A stretch of DNA of 64,000 nt from an uncultured Planctomycetaceae bacterium. GTDB lineage: Bacteria > Planctomycetota > Planctomycetia > Planctomycetales > Planctomycetaceae. Location: contig CAXBME010000012.1 in assembly GCA_963976765.1 (NCBI GenBank), forward strand, positions 62,001 through 126,000. The letters are read 5' to 3'. Under the pieces are notes generated by a model. That model made no database searches. It was not told the origin of the DNA and saw nothing but the letters and a program-made list of their open reading frames with translations. Positions within the stretch are counted from its first letter, which is position 1. Each line of letters begins with the position of its first letter. Positions 9,265 through 19,006 of this stretch are shown here, one piece after another. Both the position numbers and the translations under genes were made by a program.

Positions 9265-10020
9265 ATGAGAAGCAGTAAGACACTGGCCCGCATCCGCAAC
9301 AAAGAAACCGTTCGAATGTGTGCGCTCGGGCACTTCATTCCGTCGTACGTTCGGCATGCAGCCCACTTCGGTTTTGACTGCATCTGGCTTGATCTGGAAC
9401 ATCGTCTAATCTCTGAGCGGGAAGTGCAGTCGCTTCTCGCGTTCGCTCATCTTTCTGACATCGACATCATGCTGCGGGCTCCGACGCTCGAGAAGACCGG
9501 CCTGTATCGGTACCTCGAAGATGGTGCCGCCGGACTGATGATTCCGCATGTATCGACTCCCGAAAAAGCAGCGATGCTGGTAGACGCGGTGAAGTTCCCC
9601 CCCCTTGGGAACCGCGGCATCGACGGAGCCGGACTCGACAGTGACTTCCTGATCGATGATTACGAAACTTTCCCCGAACGTGCCAACGCGGAAACCTTCC
9701 TGGTCGTGCAGATCGAGACTCCGGAAGCAGTGGCCAACGTCGACGCCATTGCCGCGACGCCCGGTGTTGATGGCATGTTCGTCGGGCCAGGCGATCTGGG
9801 ACTTCGACTTAAACACGAGCAAACCGACCTGACACTGGAATCCGCCTTCGAACTGGTTGCCGCCGCCGCCGCACGTCATGGAAAAGCGTGGGGTTGTCCC
9901 GTTGCCACGAAAGAAGATCTTCTGAAACGACGCAGCCAGGGCGGTCAACTGCTGGCTCACGGGGGAGAGTTTCGAACCCTGATGGACATGCTGGAAAAAT
10001 GTTCCGCCGCCTTCGACTGA
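9265..10020 (+). CDS. HpcH/HpaI aldolase-family protein
   Basis: GFDCIWLDLEH, KFPPLGNRG, VQIET, GVDGMFVGPGDL. Confidence 0.92.
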   Translation: MRSSKTLARIRNKETVRMCALGHFIPSYVRHAAHFGFDCIWLDLEHRLISEREVQSLLAFAHLSDIDIMLRAPTLEKTGLYRYLEDGAAGLMIPHVSTPEKAAMLVDAVKFPPLGNRGIDGAGLDSDFLIDDYETFPERANAETFLVVQIETPEAVANVDAIAATPGVDGMFVGPGDLGLRLKHEQTDLTLESAFELVAAAAARHGKAWGCPVATKEDLLKRRSQGGQLLAHGGEFRTLMDMLEKCSAAFD

Positions 10021-10205
10021 GTCAGCAGAACTGTGAGTTTTCCCACAGGCTGGAACAAGCATCGCGGCGTTCCGGTAACCCGAACGGGTTTTGACTTTCG
10101 ACTGCCGGAACGGCGCGGAGTTGGTTCCAGTCTTCTATTCATGATGATTGAGAATTTCACCGGCTCAAAGGGGCACGGCAGCGGACCGACTAATCGGATT
10201 CTCAC

Positions 10206-11750
10206 ATGAAGTCTCGAATTGACCGACTGCTGTGCGACTCGGAATATGCTGCGAGTCTGGTCCGGGATGGCCAGACCGTTGCCTGTGGTGGGTTTGTGGG
10301 GGCTGCTCACCCCGAGGCTTTGACCGCTGCGATTGAGCGGCGATTTCAATCCGGCAAAGGCCCGGAAAATCTCACGCTTGTTTACGGGGCGGGCCAGGGT
10401 GACGGAAAGTTGCGAGGGCTCAATCATCTTGCTCATGAAGGGCTCGTTCGACGAGTCATCGGCGGGCATTGGGGACTGGCGCCCGGTCTCGGTCAAATGG
10501 CAATTTCCGGGAAAATTGAAGCGTACAGTTTTCCGCAGGGAGTTATCTGCCAGTTGTATCGTGACATTGCCGCCGGACGCCCCGGGTGTATCACGCACGT
10601 AGGACTCGGAACGTTTATCGATCCGGAAAATCACGGCGGACGTCTGAACGCCGCCACGACAAACGAACTTGTTTCCAGAATCGAACTCGACGGTCGCACG
10701 TGGCTGTTCTATCGAGCGTTTCCGATCGACGTGGGCCTCATTCGAGCGACAGCCGCTGACCCGTTTGGAAACCTGATCATGGACGAGGAAGCGGTCATTG
10801 GCGAAGTGCTGTCGATCGCTCAGGCTGCTCACAACTGTGGTGGCAAGTTGATCGCTCAAGTCCGACGACTGCTCGACCGCCCTGCCCCGCCCCAGCAGGT
10901 AAAAGTGCCCGGCATTCTGGTCGACCAGATTGTCGTTGCCGAGGATGCCGAGCATCAGCAGACCTTTGCCGAGTCGCTTAATTCCTCGTACTTCAGTTCT
11001 GGTCCTGGCAACATCACACAGGACGACCTTCACTGCGAGAAGCTGCCTGCCGGCGCGCGACGGATCGTTGCCTCGCGAGCATGCGACGAACTACTGCCCG
11101 GAGCGGTTGCGAATCTTGGCATCGGCATGCCTGAAGGTGTCGCTCGGATCGCCGCCGAACGAAAGATGCTGGATCAGATCACGCTAACTGTAGAGAGCGG
11201 CCCCATCGGTGGTATTCCTGCCGGTGGTTTGAGTTTCGGTGCGTCAGCATGGCCAGAAGCAATCATCGACCAGCCGGCTCAATTTGACTTCTACGATGGC
11301 GGCGGGCTGGACTATGCGGCGCTTGGGGCAGCCCAGGTCGACCAACACGGCAATGTAAACGTGTCGAGATTTCATGATCGAGTCGCTGGAGTCGGCGGCT
11401 TTGTCAACATCTCGCAAAATGCTCGACGTGTCGTGTTCTGTGGCGCGATGACATCCGGTGGCCTCGACGTCGAGGTCGTCGACGGTCAGCTTCGAATCAT
11501 CCGAGAGGGCTCGATTCGCAAGTTTGTTGAACAGGTGGAGCAGGTTTCGTTCAGCGGTCAGGTTGCTGCTCGATCAGGCCGCGAAATCCTTTTCGTCACC
11601 GAACGCGCCGTTTTCGAGCTGACTGCCAAAGGACTGCGCCTGATCGAAGTTGCACCCGGAATTGACATCCGAAATCAGATACTCAACCTGATGGATTTTA
11701 CGCCTGATGTAAGTTCAGTTCGTCTGATGGCAGCGTCGTGTTTTCAATAA
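10206..11750 (+). CDS. Fused alpha/beta family I CoA-transferase (YdiF/propionate CoA-transferase-like)
   Basis: HVGLGTFIDP, NLGIGMPE, TVESG (catalytic Glu), QFDFYDGGGLD, GNVNVS, GGFVNISQ. Confidence 0.92.
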   Translation: MKSRIDRLLCDSEYAASLVRDGQTVACGGFVGAAHPEALTAAIERRFQSGKGPENLTLVYGAGQGDGKLRGLNHLAHEGLVRRVIGGHWGLAPGLGQMAISGKIEAYSFPQGVICQLYRDIAAGRPGCITHVGLGTFIDPENHGGRLNAATTNELVSRIELDGRTWLFYRAFPIDVGLIRATAADPFGNLIMDEEAVIGEVLSIAQAAHNCGGKLIAQVRRLLDRPAPPQQVKVPGILVDQIVVAEDAEHQQTFAESLNSSYFSSGPGNITQDDLHCEKLPAGARRIVASRACDELLPGAVANLGIGMPEGVARIAAERKMLDQITLTVESGPIGGIPAGGLSFGASAWPEAIIDQPAQFDFYDGGGLDYAALGAAQVDQHGNVNVSRFHDRVAGVGGFVNISQNARRVVFCGAMTSGGLDVEVVDGQLRIIREGSIRKFVEQVEQVSFSGQVAARSGREILFVTERAVFELTAKGLRLIEVAPGIDIRNQILNLMDFTPDVSSVRLMAASCFQ

Positions 11751-11976
11751 AAAAGCGACGGCTGGGCGTCAGGAAACACTGGTTTTTCGATATGAGCGAT
11801 TGCACGTTAAAGCATGCTGCAAACCGGACTTTCAGCAGATAATCGTCGCACTTGTCTGCGGAACGCGAGGGACAATCTCAGAGCAGGTTCTTACATGGCA
11901 GGTCACTGGTCCCAAAAATTGCACACAAGTCCTGAATAAAACGAAAAGTCCAAGGCTCACTTCACTGGTGAGGACA

Positions 11977-14900
11977 TCATCGGCCCGGACTGATGTCGCC
12001 GAGGTCTCGCGTTTCACCTGGCTTGATCACCAGTTTCTCAAATGCCGTCCCCAGCAGGTGACCTCGGCGCGGATAGACCCGAACGGTATAGCTCAGCCCC
12101 GGGATCAGTCGATTGATTTGGAATCGGCCATCGGTATCTGACTTTGTACCGACATTGTCACCCTTCGTGTCGTCAGGATTAGTTACCGTCCCGGACGACC
12201 CCGAAGTAAGACTAGCCCCTCCGATTGGCGTGCCATCTTCATCAACAAGCCGCCCCGTCACAGTTCCCCAGGGAAGCATGCGGACTGTGTAAGGTGAATC
12301 GTCGTCGCCGCGCGCCACCAGAAATCCGACGAGCTGACGTTCTTCGAGGAAGAATTGAATCCGCTGGCGGCGGTCCGGGTGCAGCCCGTTGATGACAAAT
12401 GAAGCCGAACGAAGTGACGGTTCGGCATCCCACGGATGAAATGTCAGACCCCGCGTCTTCACCCCCGTAATGGGATTGTGATCTGGGTCCACAATGGTGA
12501 TTCGCCGAGATCGGTTCTTAATGACAGTTGCTACCAATTCCAGCCGACTTGCTCCGGGTTCGGCGTTGGTCAGAACGATCGCGGAATAGTCGTGCTGGTT
12601 ATACCAGACACCCGGTCCCATCACGGTGTCGTGCGTGCCGAAAGCGCTGATTTCTTCCTGCGCTGTCCACTTCGTGCGTCCGGGAGCAAACTCGCCTTTA
12701 GGGCTGACGTGAGCAGGTCGATAACCGGCGCCCGGTGGTGTCTTCACCAGAATCGCTCCCGGCCCGGGCAGCACGAATCCCTCATAACTGCCATCCGGTT
12801 TTCTGGCAGCACGATTGATAATGCCACCACTCTGATATCGCGTCCGATCTATCTTATTATTCGGAGTCACAATGATCGTCCTGACGATCGCATCCACCGG
12901 ACTCCCTTCTTCATCAACCACTTTCAAGTGAAACGGGATGCCGCGCGAACATTCAATCAAGACCTGTCCGTCGGCATCAATCGCCCCACTGTTTGAGCCA
13001 TAAAACTGTCCGGGCCGGGACACGGCAGCGACGCGGCGATGTTCTTCTCTGAAAGTCAGCACACGAGGATCCAGTCCAGTCAACGTAAACCGCCCGTCGC
13101 GATCAGTGACGATTGGATGTACGCGGCCATTGACTAAATCGTCCATTCGCATGTCCCGGGTTCCAATCTGCATTCCGGGTATTGGCTTTCGAGTATCGCG
13201 ATCAATTACCTGGCCACTGACAGTGAGCCCCCGTGGCAACGTGACCGTGAACGTCGCTCCGCGGATCGTTCCCCTAACCTCACGACTCATGTCGCGGTCG
13301 GGGTCGGGGTCACTCGGATCAGTTTCAAGCGACAGGTCCGGCATCTCACGCGTCACTACCATCAACTCGGTGTTGACAATCGGCTTTGCTGAAACGCTCA
13401 GACGCACAAGTCGTTCGCTGCCGAGCCCCGTCATCATAAATTGACCGTCGGAATCCGTCTGGACTTCAGTCACTCGCATCGCCTCCAGATTCGGACCGCT
13501 TAGCGACCGTTCGTAACCCATGCTGCCCACCAGACTACCGAATGGGTTCTGTCTGACCTCGACTTCACGCTTCAGTTGGACGTCGAGATCTTCCTGTTTC
13601 GGAATCATTAACTCGTGAAGCCGAACTCGCGCATCGGCAAGTGGCTGGCCGTCGGGACCGAGCAATCGTCCTCGAATCGGCACGTCATCCTTCACAAGCT
13701 GTAACGACAGATTGGTTCCCTTAATCAGCCCACCCAGACTCCAGGATCGCCAGCCTCCTGAAACACGTCTCCAGTCCGGACCGTAACCATCGGCTCGGGC
13801 AAGCACGGTGCATTGGATTCGTGTACGAAAACCATCCAGATCAACAACGGTCATGTCCAGAGCTTCAAACTCGAAGCGACCATCTGCACCTGTTACCGCT
13901 CGAAGTCGAATGGGTTCCAGAAAATCAGGGCTTGCATTCACAGGCACAACAAAGATCTCTGCCCCTTCGAACGGCTTGCCATCCGGGCCCGAGACATACC
14001 CATTAAACAGGGCAGTAAAGTCCGGGTCTTCTGCTTCCTGATCGGTTACGGAATTTGTTGACTGTGCTCCAGCAGCAGTTGTGGTAAACGCTGCGGCTCC
14101 CAGGCCAGCAGTCATCGCCAGAGCGACGACCAGGCTGATGGCGACCGTTCTGGCATTCATCGGCAACCTGCTGCGAGTTTCGTCGAGGATTGCCAGAATC
14201 CTCTGATCCAGTCGAGCAGAGTGTGCCATGGCAACACCCAGTGTCACCCGGTCGATTCGATAACTCTTCAGGGTGCGTAATAGCTGCTCTGCATAGTCAC
14301 TTGGCCGTTGACCGACCATTAATACACAGTCGTCACAGGCTAACTCACGTTCCAGTCGAAGTTGTTTAATCGCGTACCAGACCAGCGGGTTGAACCAGTA
14401 CATCATAACAGCCAGCCGCGCAACAAACTGAGCGGTCAGGTCCCGGCGTTTAATGTGAGCCAGCTCGTGAAGCAGAATGCACGTACGTTGTTCGTCACTC
14501 CAGGTTCGCCAGTCTGCCGGAACAACGAGATACGCTCGAAAGACACCGTAGACGGCCGGCACTACTCCTCGTGTCGACGCGAATGTCCTGACAGTGCGTC
14601 TCAGCCCAAGTCGTCGAGACTGCTCAGCAACGGACGCGAGCCATTCATCACCAACGACCATTCGCAGCCGCCGGTGACGCAAGAACTGCAGGCACAACGC
14701 CCATAAAAAGGAACCGGCCAGGACACAACAACCAACAGCCCAGACACCGGGCAGGATCAACCGAGTATTCGAAATCGCGAGGTTCTGTCTCAGGGACAAT
14801 GACCCTTCACGAGGCAGCATCGCCGCTGACTGACTCACCTCAGACGCCGCTTCATGAGTAGTCATCGCAATGTCACGCTGCGATGTCTCGCCGATGACTT

Positions 14901-15252
14901 CCTGAGACTCCGATGAAGCGGGCAACGTCACAGTGGCAGCGTCACGCGACGGGAAGACAGTTTCATCTCTGTGAGCGGCCACTGGTTCGCGAGTGGCACC
15001 GGCCTGGAACAGCATATCCGGTAGAGAGAAAACGTTGACGGGCGGCATCACCTCAACGGACAGCGGGATCAGCAACGACGCCATCAAAGACGTCATCCAC
15101 ACGCGATGACGAACCGCTGCCGAGTGGCTCCACAGCAGTCGGCAAACAAATGCAGCGACGGCCAGGATAATCGCCACCTTCAACGCGATGCCGAGCATCC
15201 ACGTCGAAACACTGCGGTCATGTCCCAAGACGAATTCGATGAATGAAGACAT
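11977..15252 (-). CDS. Large M56-family metallopeptidase with C-terminal carboxypeptidase-regulatory-like repeats
   Basis: LLHELAHIKRRD, YWFNPLVW, RELACDD; repeated GRLxxPDGxP...TDxDGRF modules. Confidence 0.9.
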   Translation of the reverse strand: MSSFIEFVLGHDRSVSTWMLGIALKVAIILAVAAFVCRLLWSHSAAVRHRVWMTSLMASLLIPLSVEVMPPVNVFSLPDMLFQAGATREPVAAHRDETVFPSRDAATVTLPASSESQEVIGETSQRDIAMTTHEAASEVSQSAAMLPREGSLSLRQNLAISNTRLILPGVWAVGCCVLAGSFLWALCLQFLRHRRLRMVVGDEWLASVAEQSRRLGLRRTVRTFASTRGVVPAVYGVFRAYLVVPADWRTWSDEQRTCILLHELAHIKRRDLTAQFVARLAVMMYWFNPLVWYAIKQLRLERELACDDCVLMVGQRPSDYAEQLLRTLKSYRIDRVTLGVAMAHSARLDQRILAILDETRSRLPMNARTVAISLVVALAMTAGLGAAAFTTTAAGAQSTNSVTDQEAEDPDFTALFNGYVSGPDGKPFEGAEIFVVPVNASPDFLEPIRLRAVTGADGRFEFEALDMTVVDLDGFRTRIQCTVLARADGYGPDWRRVSGGWRSWSLGGLIKGTNLSLQLVKDDVPIRGRLLGPDGQPLADARVRLHELMIPKQEDLDVQLKREVEVRQNPFGSLVGSMGYERSLSGPNLEAMRVTEVQTDSDGQFMMTGLGSERLVRLSVSAKPIVNTELMVVTREMPDLSLETDPSDPDPDRDMSREVRGTIRGATFTVTLPRGLTVSGQVIDRDTRKPIPGMQIGTRDMRMDDLVNGRVHPIVTDRDGRFTLTGLDPRVLTFREEHRRVAAVSRPGQFYGSNSGAIDADGQVLIECSRGIPFHLKVVDEEGSPVDAIVRTIIVTPNNKIDRTRYQSGGIINRAARKPDGSYEGFVLPGPGAILVKTPPGAGYRPAHVSPKGEFAPGRTKWTAQEEISAFGTHDTVMGPGVWYNQHDYSAIVLTNAEPGASRLELVATVIKNRSRRITIVDPDHNPITGVKTRGLTFHPWDAEPSLRSASFVINGLHPDRRQRIQFFLEERQLVGFLVARGDDDSPYTVRMLPWGTVTGRLVDEDGTPIGGASLTSGSSGTVTNPDDTKGDNVGTKSDTDGRFQINRLIPGLSYTVRVYPRRGHLLGTAFEKLVIKPGETRDLGDISPGR

Positions 15253-15645
15253 TCAACGTCCCTCCTTTCGCGCCTGAGCGATGAGAGATTCGAGCCGCGA
15301 CAATTCCTCTTCCGAGAGGTTGTCAGATTTCAGATCCAGGGCAGCGGCCATCGTGTCGACCACTGAATCCTGGAAGAACGTCGTCATCAGATGAGTAAGT
15401 GCCGATCGACTGGCAGCGTTGCGTGACTGAGTCGGGCGGTAGACATACCGATTCCCTTCGGACCGATGCTTCACATAGCCTTTGCCTTCCAGCAGACGCA
15501 GCATCGTCCGCACCGAGTCATAAGCCGGCGGGTCAGTCATCAGTTTCAGCACGTCACCAACGGATGCTTCTCCGAGCTGAAACACGATCTCCAGAATCTG
15601 CCGCTCTCGCCGCCCCAGTTCTGACGTGTCTTTCTTCTTCCGCAT
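15253..15645 (-). CDS. BlaI/MecI/CopY-family repressor
   Basis: LGRRERQILEIVF...AYDSVRTMLRLLEGKG. AAGGAG RBS before ATG 15645. Abuts the M56 gene. Confidence 0.93.
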   Translation of the reverse strand: MRKKKDTSELGRRERQILEIVFQLGEASVGDVLKLMTDPPAYDSVRTMLRLLEGKGYVKHRSEGNRYVYRPTQSRNAASRSALTHLMTTFFQDSVVDTMAAALDLKSDNLSEEELSRLESLIAQARKEGR

Positions 15646-15658
15646 GACGCTCTCCTTA

Positions 15659-15710
15659 TGGTAATACAATACCACTGGTAGCAGGTTACCGGAAGATCAG
15701 CAGCCGTCAA
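15659..15710 (-). promoter_or_regulatory. Sigma-70-like promoter and operator of blaI(2)
   Basis: Minus strand TTGACG-16 nt-TAACCT, then palindrome TACCAGTGGTA (15670-15680) and a third half-site at 15659-15663. Confidence 0.55.
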
Positions 15711-15719
15711 CGGAGAACT

Positions 15720-15960
15720 ACGATTCTTCATCAGCTGTTCGCGAAACAGCCACACCGTCTTTTTGTCAGACACGCGGTCTGCACGAAACAAACCCAGGCA
15801 GCGACAAACCCGGAAAACTCATGAAGCGGATATGGTTGCGAATCTGAATTTTGATCCGCGATCCGACAGTCCATCGAGTGATTGCAGAATCAGGATGTTG
15901 AACTTCAGCATCACGTCGAGCGGCTTGAGGCCGAAGCTATTCTCACGACCGCGCTGGAGT
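15720..15960 (-). pseudogene. Degenerate IS5-family transposase fragment (N-terminal DUF772-like region), two frameshifts
   Basis: Successive frame-shifted segments read GLKPLDVMLKFNILILQSLDGLSD / IQIRNHIRFMSFPGLSL / DRVSDKKTVWLFREQL. This matches the IS5 signature GRKPFD..LMFKILILQ.LYNLSD...QIRDRLSFMRFLGL...DRVPDAKTIWLFRE. Confidence 0.8.
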
Positions 15961-16004
15961 GTGTGAGGAGCGATTGGACACGATGCATCTTGTGCAAAGT
16001 AGAT

Positions 16005-17354
16005 TCAAAACTTCGATGTCGGGCCTTCCTGCCAGCATCCCGGCAGACGCGGAACGGTTGCCCGGACGATTGCGATCAGTGATTGACGCTCGTGTGTCCT
16101 GAGGTGTCCGAATTGCTCGTCGTCCGGCTGCGAATTGAGGCCTGCCCACAATCGTTCGAGCAGTCTGCGGCGACACTCGTCGGGCAGTTCATCAAAGAGT
16201 CGAGAATGAATCAGAAAACTTAGCCGATGCTTGAACACACGACCGGCAAGGGTCAAGTCGCGTAGCGAATTTCCGGCCGCATCGCGACGCCCTCGTCGTA
16301 CGAATGTCTTTGCGAATTCCGAATCCCGCAACACCGACGTTGCGACGGACGGCGTCAGGTCCAGCGAAGGCTCATCCGCGAATACAAAATATCGCACAAG
16401 CTGCGTTTCAACGTCTGATCGACGGTTCAGCCGAGCCTCCAGCCCAGCTCGGATCAGCAGATTGGTTCCGTGAGCCTGATGAGCCATCACAAGGTGAGCC
16501 ACGAAGTCGCTCGCCGGATACGGATACGCATTTTCATCGAGCTTCTGACTCAAGTCGCTGAGTGTTGACGCAGATACCGGTGGTCTCTGTTGATCTGTGT
16601 CTTCTGATTGTCGTGCCAGGTTTCCTCGATGGATGACTGACAGGGGGGCTCCGGTCACGTACCAGCCTCCCCATCGACGTTCGTAAGTCATGTCGTGAGA
16701 CACTCGCGAAAACCCCATAATCGGCTTTCCTGTTTTGTCCGTCTCAAACGCCCGCAACAGAAGTCCGGGTACTTCAAGAGAGGACCTTGCTGAGTGACAC
16801 GCCAGACACCCGTTCCTTCGCTGAAACAGCGGCGTTGCCTTACCATCAGTTTTCGCCGTGGCTGGCTCTTCGGGAGAGGCATCCAGCGGCTGCGAAAGCG
16901 TGTAACAGATGACACCTTTGACGGGATCGATAGCTGTTAACTCAAGTTCTCTCGCTCCCGGAATCCAGGCAACGGACACTTCGTCATTAAAGAAAACGGC
17001 TCGCGGAGTCGCTGGATTGACCAGCGCCGGTGCACGAGCCGTCTTCGAGTAAACCAGCAGTTGCGACTCAAGAGGAACATCCAGCAACTCAGCCACCGAC
17101 AAGAGATAGCCGAACCGATTGTGCGCAGACAGTCCAACCGTTCCAGACTCCAGTCGTTTCTGAAGTTCCGACACGGCGTCGTGAGACTCCATTCCGAAGT
17201 AGTCGACCGGCTCTCGACCATAGGGCACTCGGTCAGTCAGTTTGATTTCGACCGGAGTCTTGTCCAGGCCATCCAATGTCTCGGCATACCCCGAACTTGT
17301 GCAAATCGAAACGTGCAGAATGAAGGCAAGTCGGAAGGAGAAGGTCTTCAACAC
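16005..17354 (-). CDS. Conserved exported hypothetical protein with one CxxCH (putative c-type cytochrome)
   Basis: SQLLVYSKT, TPRAVFFND, CLACH, RWGGWYVTG. Start uncertain: GTG 17354 precedes a signal-like segment, and the ORF extends to 17645. Confidence 0.65.
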   Translation of the reverse strand: MLKTFSFRLAFILHVSICTSSGYAETLDGLDKTPVEIKLTDRVPYGREPVDYFGMESHDAVSELQKRLESGTVGLSAHNRFGYLLSVAELLDVPLESQLLVYSKTARAPALVNPATPRAVFFNDEVSVAWIPGARELELTAIDPVKGVICYTLSQPLDASPEEPATAKTDGKATPLFQRRNGCLACHSARSSLEVPGLLLRAFETDKTGKPIMGFSRVSHDMTYERRWGGWYVTGAPLSVIHRGNLARQSEDTDQQRPPVSASTLSDLSQKLDENAYPYPASDFVAHLVMAHQAHGTNLLIRAGLEARLNRRSDVETQLVRYFVFADEPSLDLTPSVATSVLRDSEFAKTFVRRGRRDAAGNSLRDLTLAGRVFKHRLSFLIHSRLFDELPDECRRRLLERLWAGLNSQPDDEQFGHLRTHERQSLIAIVRATVPRLPGCWQEGPTSKF

Positions 17355-17648
17355 CCGGGGCCGGCATTCGGAATGTTTGAACAGACTGTGTGAAACTCCA
17401 GGGACGGTGCCGCGAGATCTGCGCAAAGCAAGGATCAGACTGCCGACAGATATCGGACGCATGCTGACGCTCCAAAGTGAAAATAGATCGCTCATTCGAA
17501 ACCGATCGAGGCAGACGTTTTCGAGTCGCTGGAATCGTAGTCGCAACGATTGAGTTGTGTCATACTCGACAATCTCGCCGTAGAACTCATCGCCAGACTC
17601 TGAGTCGTCTGGTACGGTCCCCACCTTCATCGCATCTGGAATCAATCA

Positions 17649-18926
17649 ATGATCTCTACTCGATTTTGTGTTCTGATGCTGCTTTTCTGCCTTACTTCAA
17701 ACTGCAACTTCTCAATCATCAACGCAAATGACTGGCCGCAGTTTCGAGGGCCTTCTGGCAACGCCACCGCTCCTGATTCCAGTCCGCCTGTCACCTGGAG
17801 CGACTCTGAGAACATTGTCTGGAAAACAGAATTGCCAGGCCGCGGCGCGTCGAGCCCGATTGTTTTCGGAAATCGAATTTTCCTGACGGCGTACACGGGC
17901 TTCGGCGTGGACGCAGAGGATCCAGGCGACAAGGCCAATCTCAAACTGCATGTTCTCTGTTTCGAACGCGACAGCGGGAAGCTGCTTTGGGATCAGTTCA
18001 TCAAAGCCAGTCCGGCCACTCAGAGTTTCGGCCAGCGAGTCGCGGATCACGGTTACGCAACGGCCACTCCAGCCACTGATGGCGAAGCCGTTTATGCCAG
18101 CTTTGGGGTTTCCGGCGTCGTCGCCTGCGACATGGATGGCAATCTGATGTGGCAGGCTCCAATCGGTGACGAAACAGCCGGTTTCGGTTCAGCAGCGTCA
18201 CCCGTCGTGTTTGGCGAAATGGTTTATGTGAACGCGAGTATCGAAAGCAGCACGCTGTTTGCATTCGATAAACGCACTGGCAAGGAAGTGTGGAAGGCCG
18301 AATCGATCACGAAGTCATGGACTACCCCGTGCATCGCGGATGTTCCCGGAGGCTCGCCCGAACTGATACTCAATCAGCAGAATGAAATCTTCGGCTTCGA
18401 TCCAATCACTGGCGAAAAACTCTGGTGGTGCGCCGGCGTTGAGGACTACATCGTTCCCGTCCCCGTCGTTCACGACGGCGTCGCTTACTGCCTTGGCGGA
18501 CGAAGCAACCGAGCTATCGCCGTCAAACTTGGCGGACGCGGCGACGTCACAAAGACGCACAAGCTCTGGCAATCGACGATCGGGGCTAATGTCACGTCGC
18601 CGGTTTACTTTGACGGGCACCTGTACTGGGCAAGCGACAAAGCCATCGAAAATTGCCTGCGAGCATCGGACGGCAAAGAAGTCTATCAGCAACGACTTCC
18701 GACTCGCGCCAGGATTTATTCGTCAATTGTCCGTGCGGGCAACAAGTTCTACGTCACAACGCGAGACCAGGGGATTGTCGTCCTTGCGGCCAAACCCGAA
18801 TACGAAGAACTCGCCGTCAACGTGATTCAGTCCGACGAGACTCTCGTGAACGCCAGTCCCGCCGTCAGCGGAAATCAGCTCCTGCTGCGAACCGATTCGT
18901 ACCTGTACTGCATCGGCGAGAAATAG
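17649..18926 (+). CDS. PQQ-binding-like beta-propeller protein (BamB-like repeats)
   Basis: Signal peptide, DWPQFRGP, WKTELPGRGASSPIV, repeated TGKxxW blades. Confidence 0.9.
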   Translation: MISTRFCVLMLLFCLTSNCNFSIINANDWPQFRGPSGNATAPDSSPPVTWSDSENIVWKTELPGRGASSPIVFGNRIFLTAYTGFGVDAEDPGDKANLKLHVLCFERDSGKLLWDQFIKASPATQSFGQRVADHGYATATPATDGEAVYASFGVSGVVACDMDGNLMWQAPIGDETAGFGSAASPVVFGEMVYVNASIESSTLFAFDKRTGKEVWKAESITKSWTTPCIADVPGGSPELILNQQNEIFGFDPITGEKLWWCAGVEDYIVPVPVVHDGVAYCLGGRSNRAIAVKLGGRGDVTKTHKLWQSTIGANVTSPVYFDGHLYWASDKAIENCLRASDGKEVYQQRLPTRARIYSSIVRAGNKFYVTTRDQGIVVLAAKPEYEELAVNVIQSDETLVNASPAVSGNQLLLRTDSYLYCIGEK

Positions 18927-19006
18927 CTGCGCGAGCAGTGGGCGTCTGGAGATTTTCAAGCTGTTCCTTCAGAAGACTGACGTGCCAGAGAATTCGAAGA
19001 GACCGG

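Noticed and set aside
8360..11033. Long antisense ORFs (293, 218 and 358 aa)
   Set aside because: Shadows of well-supported plus-strand genes; expected from codon bias at this GC content.
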